Shown here in pieces: positions 1 through 14,600 of a stretch of DNA of 64,000 bases; position 1 is the stretch's first letter; the number at the start of each line of letters is the position of its first letter. Below the pieces are notes generated by a model that had not been told where the DNA came from, did no database searches, and worked only from the letters and a program-made list of their open reading frames with translations. Position numbers and translations under genes: made by a program. Source of the DNA: Magallana gigas (Eukaryota); NCBI RefSeq assembly GCF_963853765.1, contig NC_088855.1, positions 5,332,001 to 5,396,000 on the forward strand, given 5' to 3'.

Positions 1-87
1 AACATACCAATGATAGGGTTGTGGCCACTTGTGGTCATATACCTCGGCTTATTCCCCCAGGTTCTTTGGTTAAGAAATTTGGAATCA

Positions 88-250
88 TACATTCTTTGAC
101 TATTATGAGGTGAACAAATACGGTCGGGGATGATCTAATCATACAAAGCCCAAAGGGCTTTATGGTAGATTTGATCACGCCCGACAGTATTAATATTTGA
201 TCACATCATCATTGTCAAAGAATGATTACTTATTACTTATATTAATAAAA
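88..250. repeat. Hairpin-bearing dispersed repeat (non-autonomous element fragment); partial second copy at ~5965-6055
   Basis: TATTATGAGGTGA..GGTCGGGG..AAAGCCCAAAGGGCTTT..GATCACGCCCGAC internal inverted repeat. The TATTATGAGGTGATAATTTCGGTCGGGG head recurs at ~5990-6020. Confidence 0.55.
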
Positions 251-1398
251 AATCAGTAATTGTACGATATACTCTGTCCCGAGTTTTTGCTTGGACCACT
301 TTTCGTTTGATATTTCGATAATGATAAATACCTTTGTGCTCAAACTACGTTCATTCATGAATATGAAAAATGTCCAGATTATCTGTTTTGAAACGCCTCC
401 TCTACCGCTTCAGGTTTCAATACATATCCCAAAATAGAAAGTCTACGGGGATTTTGCATTGCATCAACCATTAATAAGCCCGGATGATAACGTTGCAAAA
501 TTTTGCGAGGTGTCCCGAGTACTTCCGAATGGAGAAAATATGTAAACATTTCCCATTGTAAATCTCCGTAAGAAATTTGTTTTCCTTCCTGTCAACTTTT
601 GTGAGTGAAAAGGGATAATTTATCAATGAAGAGATCTTGGATATTATCCATTTCATCGATTTCAACTTTACGTCTTTCACAGGTGTGTGTATTTTTATTA
701 AAAATCACCAAAAAGTGATGGAAGCAATAACTTGGGACAGACTATAGTAGTGTTATCTCAGACGAAAAAAATTTAAAAATGTAAATGTACACAAATGCAT
801 GAATACAGATTAACTGTTTTTTCATATCTCTAGCAGTGTGTCAAACATAGACGGTTTGGATAGTTTACTGTTAAGATGGAATCCGGAAGCTAGAGATGTA
901 TCGCCCTCAGGGCCGAGGTATCCCCGTCTTGCCCCGTCGTCAAGGGAATGTCTCGCCCTCAACAGGGAGATACTTCCTACGATTAATCATCGTTTTGTGT
1001 CAAGTTCCTTCGTGGTCTCGTATTGTTTTTCAATTAACTGGGTGTGCATGTGTAAATACAAACTTAGCATAGTACATCGTTAATTTTGTTATTACATCCA
1101 TCCAGTAAATTGATTTGTGTATATAATTTTTAAGTCTGTTTTACAAAATTCTCATGGATGTATATAATGGTTCGAACCGTCAATAGGAAGATAAGTAATA
1201 ACACATTCTGCGGGCTAAAGTTGATAATCAGTTGTATTATATGTCGGGGGCACAGGTCCGGGATCAAAAATAAAACGTGTTATTCTTCATCTATCATCCT
1301 GACGATTCGGCTTTGAGTCACGAAATTTTAAATGCATTTAATATCACTCTAATTTTTGGTACATTTTTATTAACCATGCTCGTTACAATTCACATTAG

Positions 1399-4050
1399 TC
1401 ATGTGGAATTTATTTTAGGCGTGACGTCATGTCGATGTCGTATGCATGCATTCTGAAGGTGTCTGAATACTGACATTGCAGCACGGGGGCTTTTGAAACA
1501 GGATGTCATTGTTTTCTCAAGACAATTCAACATCCGGGATACCGGGAAACATCCTGGTACCGAGAGAAGTTCTCTGGCTGACTTCATGGTGCACGTTTGA
1601 ACTGACTGTCTGCAATCTAAACCAAAACAAGATACCACTTGTATAATATTATTAGTTAAAAGTCATATCAAGCCTCCAAATTTAATGCAGACTTACCGGA
1701 TAGTATAACATCTTTTGGGTCTTGAGAACAAAAACGAATCTACAATGGAATGATTCCGATGTATAATATACAAGAAGTATATTTTAGATTGTTATACTTT
1801 CATGTTAAATACTGAAATCTGATTGGTTAAGACGCAGTTAATAATATTTACTATTACCCTCAGCGTTAGCAACGCACTTGGCAACGGGTAACATTACAAA
1901 ATGTTACATGCGCGAAAATTATGCGCGTACGGTTCGCTGTAGAATTCACGTTATTCCTATATAAAAGCAGTAAAATTTTCTTAAAAATTTTAAAAAAGAC
2001 ATTCAGTATAACAAAATAAATAGTGCCTGTTTGGGAGGATAACAGTTGAAATTGACACCCCTCGAAAACCATTGTCAACCTCCGCTTCGCGTCGGTTGAC
2101 AATGGTTTTCTCGGGGTGTCAATTTCAACTGTTACCCTCCCAAACAGGCACTATTTATATAATATACAAATCTATAATTCGTTAAACCATACATTGTAAT
2201 GGAATTGGAGCTTTGTAAGATATTGTTACACGGAATATTGTTACACAGTAACCAATACCCAGCTCTCGACGTCATGGAGTCGGGACCTATTTTTGATCAG
2301 AGATTTCAGAGCACGTGTTTGGCACCGGAAGCTGTTGAGTAGACTGTGATGGAGAGCTAAAACAGAAGGTGGATATTAATTTACAGTGTATCGTTATTAA
2401 ACCTTAGTCCTAGGTAACTTAATATGATTATGTCTTTCGTGGTGTGTTTGAGTTGAAACCAGTGAATTTATTAAAGTGGACAAACCTGATACTATATATA
2501 GTATACTTACGTGTCCTGGTGACAGAGGCGTCAGATCTGTGGTCATTTGATGGAACTCTGAAACCAAACACCGAGAATTTTAAATTTATGTTTATACATT
2601 TTCTGATGGGAGAGAGTTTTAAAAAAAAAATAATATCATATTCCCTAATTTTGAGTGTTATATTTAATGTCCCAAAAGGAATACTGTATAGATCTTCCAT
2701 TATTTTGTTTTAAAAATGTATGAAACAACTAATGTTTTAGTGATACTGCTTGTTTCCTTGGTAATATACATGTACGTTGCGTATCTGGTAAATTTATATG
2801 GATTACCAAGTCACTGGTTCCTTTATGTTGGAAGCACCGAAAATAAATCTGAAAACAATCCTTAGAGATTTAGTAGGACTTCATTTCAGGCATGGGTTCT
2901 TGTAAGAGTTTCTGACAAAACTTTTAAGTATTCCTCGACAATGACCGATTATTGATGAATTCAATCTCATGCCCAGGGGAGCTCTACATGTATAGTAGCC
3001 CCGAACATGACGCAATGTTCGTCATTTAGTTTAAGTACCTCACAATTAACAGGCAATGGAAGTGTCTAATGGCCACAGAGCAATAACAGACTACAAAGAA
3101 ATGTTCGCCATTGTGTGTAGCGGTATGAGGTGATAATTAAGTGCACATACTTTATGATTTTAGCGGAATTGTCGGGAAAAATCACGAACCACAGAATCCT
3201 GAAAGATTACTATTCAGTGACGTCGGAAGCAAGTTGAAAGGGGGGGGTAGACTTATCAAAAATCTTGACAAGCAAAAAAATAGTAAAAAAAGGTCTTTGG
3301 TTACGGTTATGTATAACTTTGCCAAAAAAGTATGTGTTGGAGGGGGGGGGGGGGTGGGGGGGGGGTGGTTAAGCCTCCTGGTTCCGACACATATGCTATT
3401 ACTCGGATACTGTTAAAAACAAGATTGAATGTGTGTGTGATATTGGGTATTTTTATACCATACAGTGAATGATATAGTATTTAAAACTCTCTGTCTTACG
3501 GATGAGGAGTTGGCCATGCCATTAGCAGTCCCCGGGGATGGTGGTAAGCAGAGGAGTGCGGGGGCGCTCCTATCAGACCAATCAAACACCAGCTTTCCTG
3601 GAAAAGTGACGTCGTCACTACCAGGGCGATCTGAAAATGCAAATCAAACACACTCGTGACGTAATCAAATATTTATGAACATTGTTTTTTATTTATTATT
3701 AATGACAAATCGTAGACATATACCAACACTTATATCATCAATCGACATATATGCCATCTCAGCTCTTTTAGTCACGATTTATTGGTTAACCCTTAACACA
3801 GTTGACTTTTTTACGCCAATCGAAGTTTCACTGACATGCTAAGGCGCCGGATGTGAATTTGATCCAGTGCGTTATTGAGATAATGAGTCTTTCCTCGTAA
3901 AGAATTCCAGACAGGGGTTCTCGTTAGCGCGGGATGTAACAAACTGAGCGCGTCCTTTGTCCCATGCTGACTGATAAAGCGCAATTAGGAGAGAGGAGAT
4001 CAACAGGCCATGAAACATTTATATTGGTTGTCATCGTTGTATAAATGTTT

Positions 4051-4122
<72 letters not shown>

Positions 4123-4585
4123 TCTCCACCCCCCCCTCCCACACACGCTAACATCTATTAGAAATATATCAATGCGCATATATGGATGTACCGTATAAAG
4201 ACCTATGTCTCATTTAATGTCGGACCAGGGGCGACACGGTTACTCAATGATTTGCATACTATAGTATAATTATGCCAATTTTAAGAAAATAAAACGTCAA
4301 AATCTGGTTGTAGTTTGAAATATCCAGGTAACTTCGATCGATTTAAACTTGTATGTTACTGTTGGAGATGTTTTAACTTTCTCGGCATGTATTCAAAGGA
4401 TGCAAATTCAAAGTAAAATCAAACGTTTTATGGCAAGACAGGTAATAAAGATTATTTGAAAAACAATTAGATGTGGGGTTTTTTCGCACATCAAAGAATT
4501 ATAAAGATGGTTTAAATGCATTAAGTCTGTTATCTGCAAATATTATGTTACTAAAAAAGTAACTCACAAAAATCCGACTATACAT
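1399..4585 (-). CDS. Uncharacterised secreted-type Cys-rich protein (~184 aa, 6 coding exons)
   Basis: Exons 4585-4568 (MYSRIF|gtgagt), 3630-3500, 2557-2511, 2356-2259, 1739-1697, 1616-1399 (TGA). All introns are GT-AG and phases match (0,2,1,0,1). Joined ORF: MYSRIFIALVVTTSLFQESWC LIGLIGAPPHSSAYHHPRG...FRCQ...RFCSQ...DCRQSVQTC...GCF...NCL...SCF...NACIRHRHDVTPKINST. Hydrophobic N-terminus plus 8 C-terminal Cys. Start codon and completeness are not certain. Confidence 0.65.
1790..2165. mobile_element. Non-autonomous element ending in a 143-bp palindrome
   Basis: 65-bp arms at 2016-2080 and 2094-2158 (~3 mismatches) around the loop TCCGCTTCGCGTC. Lies inside intron 4 of the Cys-rich gene. The left boundary is approximate. 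Confidence 0.6.
3218..3392 (+). mobile_element. Short poly-G-containing MITE-like repeat; opposite-orientation relative at ~63240-63450
   Basis: GACGTCGGAAGCAAGTTGAAA...AAAAATCTTGACAA...poly-G...GGTTCCGAC. The reverse-complement motifs TTGTCAAGATTTTT and TTCAATTTGCTTCTGACGC occur at ~63390-63450. Confidence 0.5.
4057..4118. repeat. (TC)~31 microsatellite
   Basis: Direct reading of the sequence. Confidence 0.98.
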
Positions 4586-7382
4586 ATTTATACGTATTGT
4601 TTTGTGTGTACCAAAGAATTGTTTTAAATGTTTAAAAACCTCCATGGACATGCACACATTCCTTCCACATTCGAATATTGTCAACAAGCCAAAATGGACT
4701 GGGACCATTGTCATCGGGTTCAGCTAGCCAGGCGTTTTACGTCCCTTCGAGATAGTTTACTACTACACGGATATCACGTAAACCGGTAAAATGTCTATAC
4801 TGTACACATGTACTCGATATACTCACTTTACCAAAAGTTGCGGGCTAAAATTCTGATTCATTTTATGAGATGCAAATAAAAATTGTCTGTTATGAACTAG
4901 TGCAGTTCCTGGTGCGTAATATATCTCTCATAGGCAATAGTCAGTGCAATCTGATTAAAACCAGATCCTCCCCCTTCATATTAACTGTCCCCACGAGCGT
5001 CACTTCGTACATGTATGGTCCACTGGAAATGCTTAAATTATCCGTTTTGTAACAAAAACGTAGAAATTTATACATGCTAATGGTCATTTATCAAACCCTC
5101 TCTGTGACGATAAAACAGTAGCGTACCAAGAAACTTCCTGGTGGACAACATTCAGAAGTCGTTGAATTTTCATCGACAATGGATTTCCAGGACAATGATT
5201 TAAAATTAAACATACTAGTAACTTATTCGGACGGAATCAAAATTAAAGTTTTTTTTTAATGTTTAGCTTTTAAATATTACCATTTTCAAGAAGAAAATAA
5301 AAAAAAGGATAAACTTACCATTTTAATTAGTGGTGTCTTTGACATTCTCTGTGTTGATCGATCCCACTATCTGATGCTTATCTTGGAAATCAACGGAAAC
5401 TTGCGTACTCCTGTACGTATTGAATTATTCAATAAAGGAAGCCTGGAAATACCGCGGGCCCACATCCTTTGATGGTGAGAGTCACACAAAGACAAAAATG
5501 GCCGGCGCCGATCATCAGCGACCTCTTCCTCATCATCGCCAGTTGCAATCATCTATATCATCGATTTCATGCTCGTCTCGTGGGCGAATCCAGAATTATT
5601 TCCAGAGGAAGGGTTTGTTTGCCATGATGGGAGGAGCCCTATTTTTATAAATATGCTATGTGCAATCAAAAAGTATGAAATTTCCAGTGGGGTCCAACTC
5701 GACCCTTCCCCTTCATATGGAACCTTTGCCACTTAATTCAGTCTTCGAAGTTCCCTTTAGAATATTTGCTATCACCACCAAGATCTGCGCTGCGGTGGCT
5801 CCACCCGGGCTCGATTTAATTAATACAATTTTTTTTTCTTCAACTTCGTTGACATTTTGTGTCTTAGGCCCCATGTTTTGTCAATCTGTATTATAAGTTC
5901 AAGATTCGAAATAAACCGATTTTGTATCAACTCAAAAACATTTTCGAATGGAATTGTCATTTTTGAAGGAATAAGGAATCATTCTTTAAGTATTATGAGG
6001 TGATAATTTCGGTCGGGGAGTGGTCAAATCCAATAAAACCCGAAGGTTATTGGGTTTTAGGGTTCAAAATTGATTCGTAATGTTATCATAGACAAAGAAA
6101 ATTGAAAATGTAAATATTGTAAAATAAAATTCGTATTTTTGTGAAAATATAAGAAGTGTGTACTGTGAAAAATCAAACAGATAATACAGAATGGCATTTG
6201 CCTTCGATTGCTATGACCCAGTAGATATACAGCGTAAAAGATAACGATGAATACAAAAATCGAGATTTTAAGTCGTAAGTTGTAAGAACTTCTGTTCTAA
6301 CCATTTGTATAATGGTTATTGTTTATGCAATAAATATGTTCAAATCAAATTTCAAATTAACAAATACGTTGTAGTTATAAAACAATCTAATTAGAATTAG
6401 ACCCTTCATCTCACTTTTTTTTTAAAAAATATGGTTCACAAACGATAACCATATATAACAAAGAGAGATGAAATGTCTAATTTTAATTACTGGTTATAAA
6501 GAAGTTATACATTAGGCAATATTTATCATACCACTGACTGTAACTTTGATTATTAGTTTTGGAATAGAAAAGAATATTTTGATTTCTTCAAATTGTTCCA
6601 AACTTTGATATGTAATTCATTTTTCTACATCAGGAACTTATATTCTACTTCATGTTCCTGGTAACACATAGAATAAAAAATATAGACATGTTCTGCAAAA
6701 CAATAAAGTATATGTGCTACATGTAATGTATAATGATTTTTGTTTTAATTAAAGAAAAAAGTGAATTATTTTGTTGTTCGATGAATTCATGTACAATTAT
6801 TGGGTTTTATAGTGGTTGGAAAAGAATGAATGTCTCCTTGGAATATACAATTGAATGCACAGTATATTTAATCTAGAAAGAATAATGTTACCGTGACCAA
6901 CCAGGCAACGCTCAGGTCCGGGTCCGTAGGATAGAACCACAGGGGCTTGTGTAGAGAAAAAAACATCGATAAAAAAAGGGGGTACCTTAGACGAAAAATA
7001 TTTTCCTCTAAAGTCACAGATAGAACTACATTCAATCAGACGAGACCTTTCTTCCATTATTTTCTATTTTTCCCCTATCTCCGTAAAGTGAAGATTTATA
7101 CAACACAGTTCCCTGATTTTATTTCATGTTATATGACATTTTACTTTTTGGATATATAGTATCTAAAATAGTGAGGATTTAAGGAAACTCGGAAATATCA
7201 CGTTCCGTTTTGGGTTTTTTTATTATTGAAGTCACATAAACGTTTTATTAATAAGCGTGCAAATGCGAAGTTTTTAAGTGTCTTTTTGACGCGGATCAAG
7301 TTTCACTTTTACGGCAGAGAATGGTGCTACATGTTATTTGATGACGGATTTAATCATTTAACCAACAATATAGAAAAAAATC

Positions 7383-9729
<2,347 letters not shown>

Positions 9730-11600
9730 GCTAGTTTTAGGAGATTTATTTATTGTTTTGCACCATTCATTCCTTTTTCTATTCAGAGAATGATGAGAGC
9801 CTGTGATTAGTGTGTAATAGTAATTTTTATTGTAACAGTTTGTGCTGCAAATTTTTTTGACTGTTAAAAAGTTTATACATGTAGTAGAATATCATGTTAA
9901 TTCTTTCATTGAATTAAGTGTGAATGTTTGCAATATTGTAATGGACTGGTATGGTGTCGTTTCCCTTAATGGTCACATATTTATTGTAGCTCATGAATTT
10001 ATAAAAGCATTCTAGCAACAGTCATTTGTGTATAGACTACAACACATAGTATTGTTTTATCAAAGGAATGAGATACGAAGATTTTCACACAGTTGGCAAA
10101 AGACAGTAACTTTCTGTATACTGAACTTGTCTGTTTATTCAAAAACAGAGACTCATTGGTTTTGAGAAGTTCTCTTATACCGGTAATTACATGTACTGAT
10201 ATACTATCTTACATTGAGAATTAGAGTTTGATTTTTTGAGTGTATTAAAGTGAAATGATTAACGATGTCAATCAAATGCATACCGTAAAACATGCTAATA
10301 GCAAAGTGCCATGGTCAAATAATTTTCACTCATTATAAATGTAATTTGTTGCATGTTTATCGGTTCAGTTCATAAAATGATATGAAACTATCTTCACTTT
10401 GAAAGGGAATTCATTAAAAGCATGTGCACTGTAACCCTGTTTTACTGTATTCATGTAATGTCCAGAGGTTATGTTCACACAATATGAATATTGAATGAAT
10501 ACCTTTGTAATCAGATTTTCATAATTTTTCAATTTCTGACAATTATTGGATATTAATACAATTTTTTTTAAAATTTTGATTTGACGTAATTTTAGAGATT
10601 GTGGATGTAAATTATTGTTTAAAAGATTCATGTATTTGTAACAAATAAACTTTTTACAAATTAAAATACTGGTACATATCTATACCTGTATAAGAAATGT
10701 TTAATAACAGTAAATAAAATCATTTTGGGGGATAAATTTTAAGCTTTGGATTAATTGATGACAGTGGGTAAGAACGTTTTACATTATTTATAGTGTAAAC
10801 ATTTTTAATACAAAATTAATACATAGGTATTACAGGACGTGTCATTTTAAAAACATCTAGAATTACCAGGTAATTCAAGTCAAAAACTTTAACACAAATG
10901 GAATGAGAAATAAAAAGAAATACCAGACACAAGTTTTTCATTTTTATTTTATATAAAATGCAAGTATCGTAGAGATTAATATAAAAACTTATGGACGGAA
11001 TTTGTGTAAATTGAACAGATCCTAGCCTGATGCACCAATATTCATATAAAAGTGCAAGGTATGAACAAGATTGCTGATTTTAACATCCACAGCAGAGCTC
11101 ACCATAATGAGTAACATACAGACAGAACAATAATATCAGCTGACATTCACTACCTAATTATGTACTATACACATACAGGTACATGTATTTCAACTACAGG
11201 TACATATGTATGTAGAGGGATTAAAAAAACCATTGCACAGTTAACGTCACTCGAACACTAAATAAACACCATCCCCTCACAATACACAAAAATGCCACTA
11301 TATTTCATAATTACCACCTATACATGTATATCAACTAAGCAATGATTGTATTATATACTGGAATTTATAAATGCATTTCATCTACAAAAAAAACAAACCA
11401 GACTGGCAAGATGGACCTGCTGGAAGGTTTAAAGAATACAAATCTGTAATTGACTTCCTTCAAGTCAAAATATGTTAAATATCGCATGCTGATGCAGGAT
11501 TCAGATCTTTACAGTTAATCAATATCACCTTATGATGGTGCACATAAAATCATGACTTGTGTAAAGTTCAAGCTGATGTTTTAAGTCACCCAGTCTGGGG

Positions 11601-14600
11601 CTATGAGTCCATGTCTCTGTAGAATAAAGCAGACCCAGATAACTTTTCTGAACCACCGGCATCAAACTCTTGTCGCTGTGGGCCTCGGGAATACCCCTCT
11701 CGAGTCATATTTGTGTTATCTCGGGAGAGGTTCATGGATTTTTTGAGCTGTTCATAGCTCCAGTTCATTTGCTGAATTTCATTTTGATGTCTACGCTTGC
11801 TGTCTTCCAAGTCTTTTAAGAGATGATCGTTTGTGTTTACTAGTGACCTACAAAAAGTTCCAAGATCAATGAGGCACTGACCAAAATAACAGTCATCATA
11901 AAGAACTCATCAAAGAAGTGAATCTTGTTTAAATTTTTGTGATATGAACTGACTGGTTAGAATATCTTTTTACGCTTTTGTTTATTTGATCTATGAGCTT
12001 CTATAATATCAGTAAACATGAGCTGAGTGACATTGAATTGTGACACCCTTGCCCCGATATCCATGCCAACAAGAGATATAATAGGTTTGAGCTTTTATAT
12101 CATTCATTTCAAAATACAGATTGAAATAATTTAATTCTGATTGTAACGCTTCATTTGATTGGCTAAACAAATTCATATATTTCGTATAACATAACTTGCC
12201 TACGTCACAATACGACGTGCGTGTGAGACGTATTAATCCGCTTGACGTTACGTTTAAATTTTGTACAAATTAACATATTTTAACTAATTAATGGGATTTA
12301 TTATCTAATTTAAATAGTAGAAAATTAAATTATTAGGAATAAATTTAATTTCAACCTATGTTAAACGAGTACCGTATAACGGGTATTTTCTGCGGTTGTT
12401 TATTTTCTGCGGTATTTTGCGGATAAGAAAAATCCGCAAAAATTCAAAACGCAAAATATTCCTTTAACCCTCTAACTAATAACTAATTTTGACACTATTT
12501 AAATTCAAGCTATAATTTTCAAACGTGATCAGTCCGTTATTAGGGGGCTCTGCGTCGTATTTCACACCTTATTATCTCATGCTACCTGTGTGATATCAAA
12601 TATAGCTAAACAGATATAAGGACTGTGTGTTTAGTCGAGTATGAAATCAAAATGATCTGAGAAAAGTTCACAAGCAGTGTTTAGAAGACTTGTAAAACAT
12701 TTGAGAGTTAGTTCTCATTCACCGTGAACACGGTAAGAATGTCGATTGTAAGATATGTAAAGCGCGGAAGTATTCTTCCAAATCCTAATGTTATCGGCAA
12801 GTTTATCCCCTAGATCGATCCAAGAGTGTAACACAAGGGTGTCTGAAGTTATGGATAAATCTACAATGCCAAATTCGAGCAAAAAACGTGGTTCATATTT
12901 GACCTATTCACCCTGGGACCGAGCCATAATCGGGAACTACGCCGCTGAACAGGGACCTGCCGCAGCTTTGAGAAAATTCAAAGCCGATTATCCAGAATTA
13001 AAAGAGTCCACGACAAGATATTTTAGAGATTCATATAAACGCGAGCTTACAAACAGAAAAAGACAATTAGACTTTGAAATAAAATAATTGAAATTGAAAT
13101 AAAAACGCTACAATAGTGTAAGTTTGGTTCTCTAGTTTACGTTCCCTAAGGCAAATCCGGTAAACATATGTATTTTTTTTGTTGTGGTCTAATGTAACCG
13201 CAGAAATTGAAAACGCAGAATATAATTTGATACTTTTTAGGGGTTAAACCGCAAAAATTTCAAGCCGCAGAAAATACCCGTTATACGGTATAACATAACT
13301 TGGAACAGCTTATAAAGCGTAAACTGCCCCAAGTTATGTTATATCGTATAACATAGGTAGAAATTATATTCATTCCTTAATTGGACTGACTTGTGACTCT
13401 GTTGTAGCATGCTGGCCAGCTCCTGAACCTGCCCAAACTGCTTCAGTCGGATCTGTAACATCTCCACCTCAGACTTCAGAATCTCATTCTGTTGCTGGAT
13501 ATCATCTGTAAAGTACATCAATGCAGCTTACATGACCCCAGATATTGAAAAACAGTGTACATATATAATAAGATATATTAAATTTGAAGGATTTATACAA
13601 TGTATGCAAACTGAGATCTTGAAACTTTCTGCTACCTGTAGAATTACTCGTGGATCATCAAGAGGAGTGCATAAACACATGTAAATAAAATGTACCAAAA
13701 TTCTGAACTGAACTAACTTAAAAGTTGCATTAATTATGCAGACCACTGAAATTACACACATCCTTATAGAACATATGCATGCATACACCGGTACACACAA
13801 TAAAAAGCTTCATATTCTAGTGATCTATAAGGTCTGTACCTAGCTGGGCTGGATTGAGGCTGGAGACTGTTGTGTGTTTTGATTCTTCAGTTTCTTTCAG
13901 TTGAAATGATAGCTTTCTGTTTTCACTTTGATATTTCTGCAATTTTTCTTTCAGTTGATCCTGCCAAAGAAAAACATTCAGTGAAATACTAATGAAGCAA
14001 CCTCAAAATTTAAGTGTATGTACCGGTACACTATAGGTACATGTCAATCAATTTTAGATTTTTTTTTTTCAGAGGAAAGGTAAGAAAATGTGAGCCAAGC
14101 AAAAAAATCAAATCTCTACTCTGTACAGCTTAAATTGAAAGATGCCACAGCTTGGTCCACTAAGGCCCCACTTACCACATCTCTGTAGGCCTTTGTAAGG
14201 GAGTTTTTCAACTGTGTCTCATTGACAGAACTGTCAGCCAGGTTAGCTTTGGCTGCCTCCTCATACTTCCGTAGTCGATAATTCTCATCCTGGAGAGTTT
14301 TTAAATGACCTTTAAGCTTTTCCCTCTCTTCCACCTCATCCTCAGACTTCAGGAAGTTTTCTATCACACCATAGGCCAGCGCTGTAGGGGTATTCAAGGT
14401 TGATTTAATTTATTATTACTAGTGTTGTCAAATTGTTTTTTTAGTAACCAGTTACTCGCTTACTTTCCGTTCGAGTACTTGGTTACTCGAATGGTTTTTC
14501 GATATAGTTTTCATATCTATTATTTATCCTATCTCCTTTACTTATCAGTAGAAATAAAATATTAATGTACTTTTATGAACTTAATTTAAAATTAAAAATT

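Noticed and set aside
2804-2845. 42-nt exon-like segment (ttttcag|...|gtaatc) within the Cys-rich gene
   Set aside because: Inclusion before exon 2557-2511 creates an in-frame TGA at the junction.
5400-5900. GC-richer stretch whose - strand reads MGPKTQNVNEVEEKKIVLIK..., faintly like a Tc1 transposase N-terminus
   Set aside because: Stops after ~53 codons, no TIRs found, and the similarity is too weak to support without a search.
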